64,000 bases of DNA from Rhizophagus irregularis (taxonomy: Eukaryota): contig NC_089436.1 in assembly GCF_026210795.1 (NCBI RefSeq), forward strand, positions 1 to 64,000, written 5' to 3'. The first letter of the stretch is position 1. Each line of letters opens with the position of its first letter. The position numbers and the translations under genes were made by a program. The notes under the pieces were generated by a model. That model worked only from the letters and a program-made list of their open reading frames with translations, was not told where the DNA came from and made no database searches. Of the stretch, positions 62,821-64,000 are shown one piece after another.

Positions 62821-64000
62821 ATGTCACAATACAGACCATTACTAAGACGTATACTAGGCCAGTTTGAACTCAACATAGAAGAATGGGTAAAGGAAATAAT
62901 GTGGTATTTAGATATAGCATATTTAAAAGCTTTAGATTCCGAATTTAGCAAAGAAAGTATGTTAGTATCTGGATTAGAAGAGCTAGTAGAAATATTTGAT
63001 GAGATGTTAGAAGGTGATGATATATGGATACATCCATCACTTTTATCACGAATAAGATATTCTATTCTACCAGATGAGATGGCAATATATGAAAGATTTT
63101 CAGATATCATTAAGAACTTCTCAGAGGATAAAGAATTAGCATATGCATTATTAGACTTAGTAGAAATATTATCAAAAAAGAAACCTACAACATTCAACAT
63201 TATAGATTACAATATACAAAGAATATTCACGAATCCTAATGATGAATATAGAAATGAATTCAGCATCTACCATATTAAAGGAGATGAAGATATGGACGAA
63301 GATACAGATAAAGACACAGATGAAGACATAGATGAAGTAGAGCAGTAGAGGTAGGCTCCGAATCTGGTCAATCCGGTCATCCTAGGATCAATCCGTCTAA
63401 TAGGCGGATTCGGATTGATCAGATGAATCCGTCAAATAGACCGGATGGATGACCGGATATCCGATCTATCCTATACGGGATCGACAAAAAAATTTCCTTT
63501 TTAGGAAATTTTATGTTACACGACCGGAAACTAAATTTAGAAAAACTGGTTTTTTGTGGAACGGGTATCGCCAAAAATGGAAACGATCGACATGCCCGTG
63601 CGTCACGTGACAACAATTAAATACCTAATCATAAATTCCGGCTGAAATTAAAAGATCGGCGAAAAATTTCCTTTTTAGGATTCTTGTGAAACCCAAAATT
63701 TCATTTTTGCTGGGAAACAAAATTGCCTTTTTTGGATTTGTGTAACGTTACTCGTACCCTAAAAAGGATAACTCTATGCCGATTACTTAATTCCGGCCGG
63801 AATTATAATCAATCCGGTCAATCCGCGGATAATCCGATGATCCGATTTTTTTAATCCGGATTGATCCGTCACGTGATCATCCGGATGACGGATTGACCAG
63901 ATTCATCCGGAGCGCACCTCTATAGAGCAGAATGAATTCAATGAATACTATCAGAATCTTGCACCGACCACCGAGAGTCAGCTGGATAGACTAAAAAATG
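62821..64000 (+). pseudogene. Hypothetical acidic protein interrupted by a hAT MITE; runs off the window
   Basis: The 175-aa ORF stops at the TAG that begins the MITE. Removing the MITE and one TSD restores ...DEVEQ-NEFNEYYQNLAPTTESQLDRLKN, open to the window end. Confidence 0.7.
63346..63922. mobile_element. 577-bp non-autonomous hAT element
   Basis: TIRs TAGAGGT(AG/GC)GCTCCG; perfect 8-bp TSD TAGAGCAG (63338-63345, 63923-63930); subterminal ATCCG/CGGAT repeats. Confidence 0.95.

Overview
This is the left end of a chromosome from a very AT-rich, intron-containing eukaryote. The TTAGGG telomere, Crinkler gene and transposon repertoire suggest an arbuscular mycorrhizal fungus of the Rhizophagus type (inference). 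The window is almost entirely transposon-derived: a CMC/CACTA-type transposase cut off directly by the telomere, a Myb/SANT plus CMC-like transposase pair, a truncated hAT transposase, a complete TTAA-flanked Kolobok element encoding transposase plus RecQ helicase (29221-34953), a CACTA transposase and many MITEs and satellites. One host-type gene is present, a Crinkler effector with NTPase, restriction-endonuclease-like and HhH domains. Two structures stand out. (1) At about 17680-20095 on the minus strand, an apparent satellite reads as a spliced transcript of 18 exons (16 internal micro-exons of 25-44 nt). In its 17 introns the 5' splice site and the branch point are buried in separate stem-loops that show compensatory changes. 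(2) At 36447-45742, a full-length LINE and two copies of a ~1 kb structured, tRNA-box-containing SINE-like RNA are stacked at one site, each separated by the same 16-bp target (GGAAAAGGATAAAACT), inside a TA-flanked non-autonomous DNA transposon. Many frameshifts lie in homopolymers and may be sequencing errors, so pseudogene calls are provisional. All family assignments come from motif recognition by eye, not database searches.
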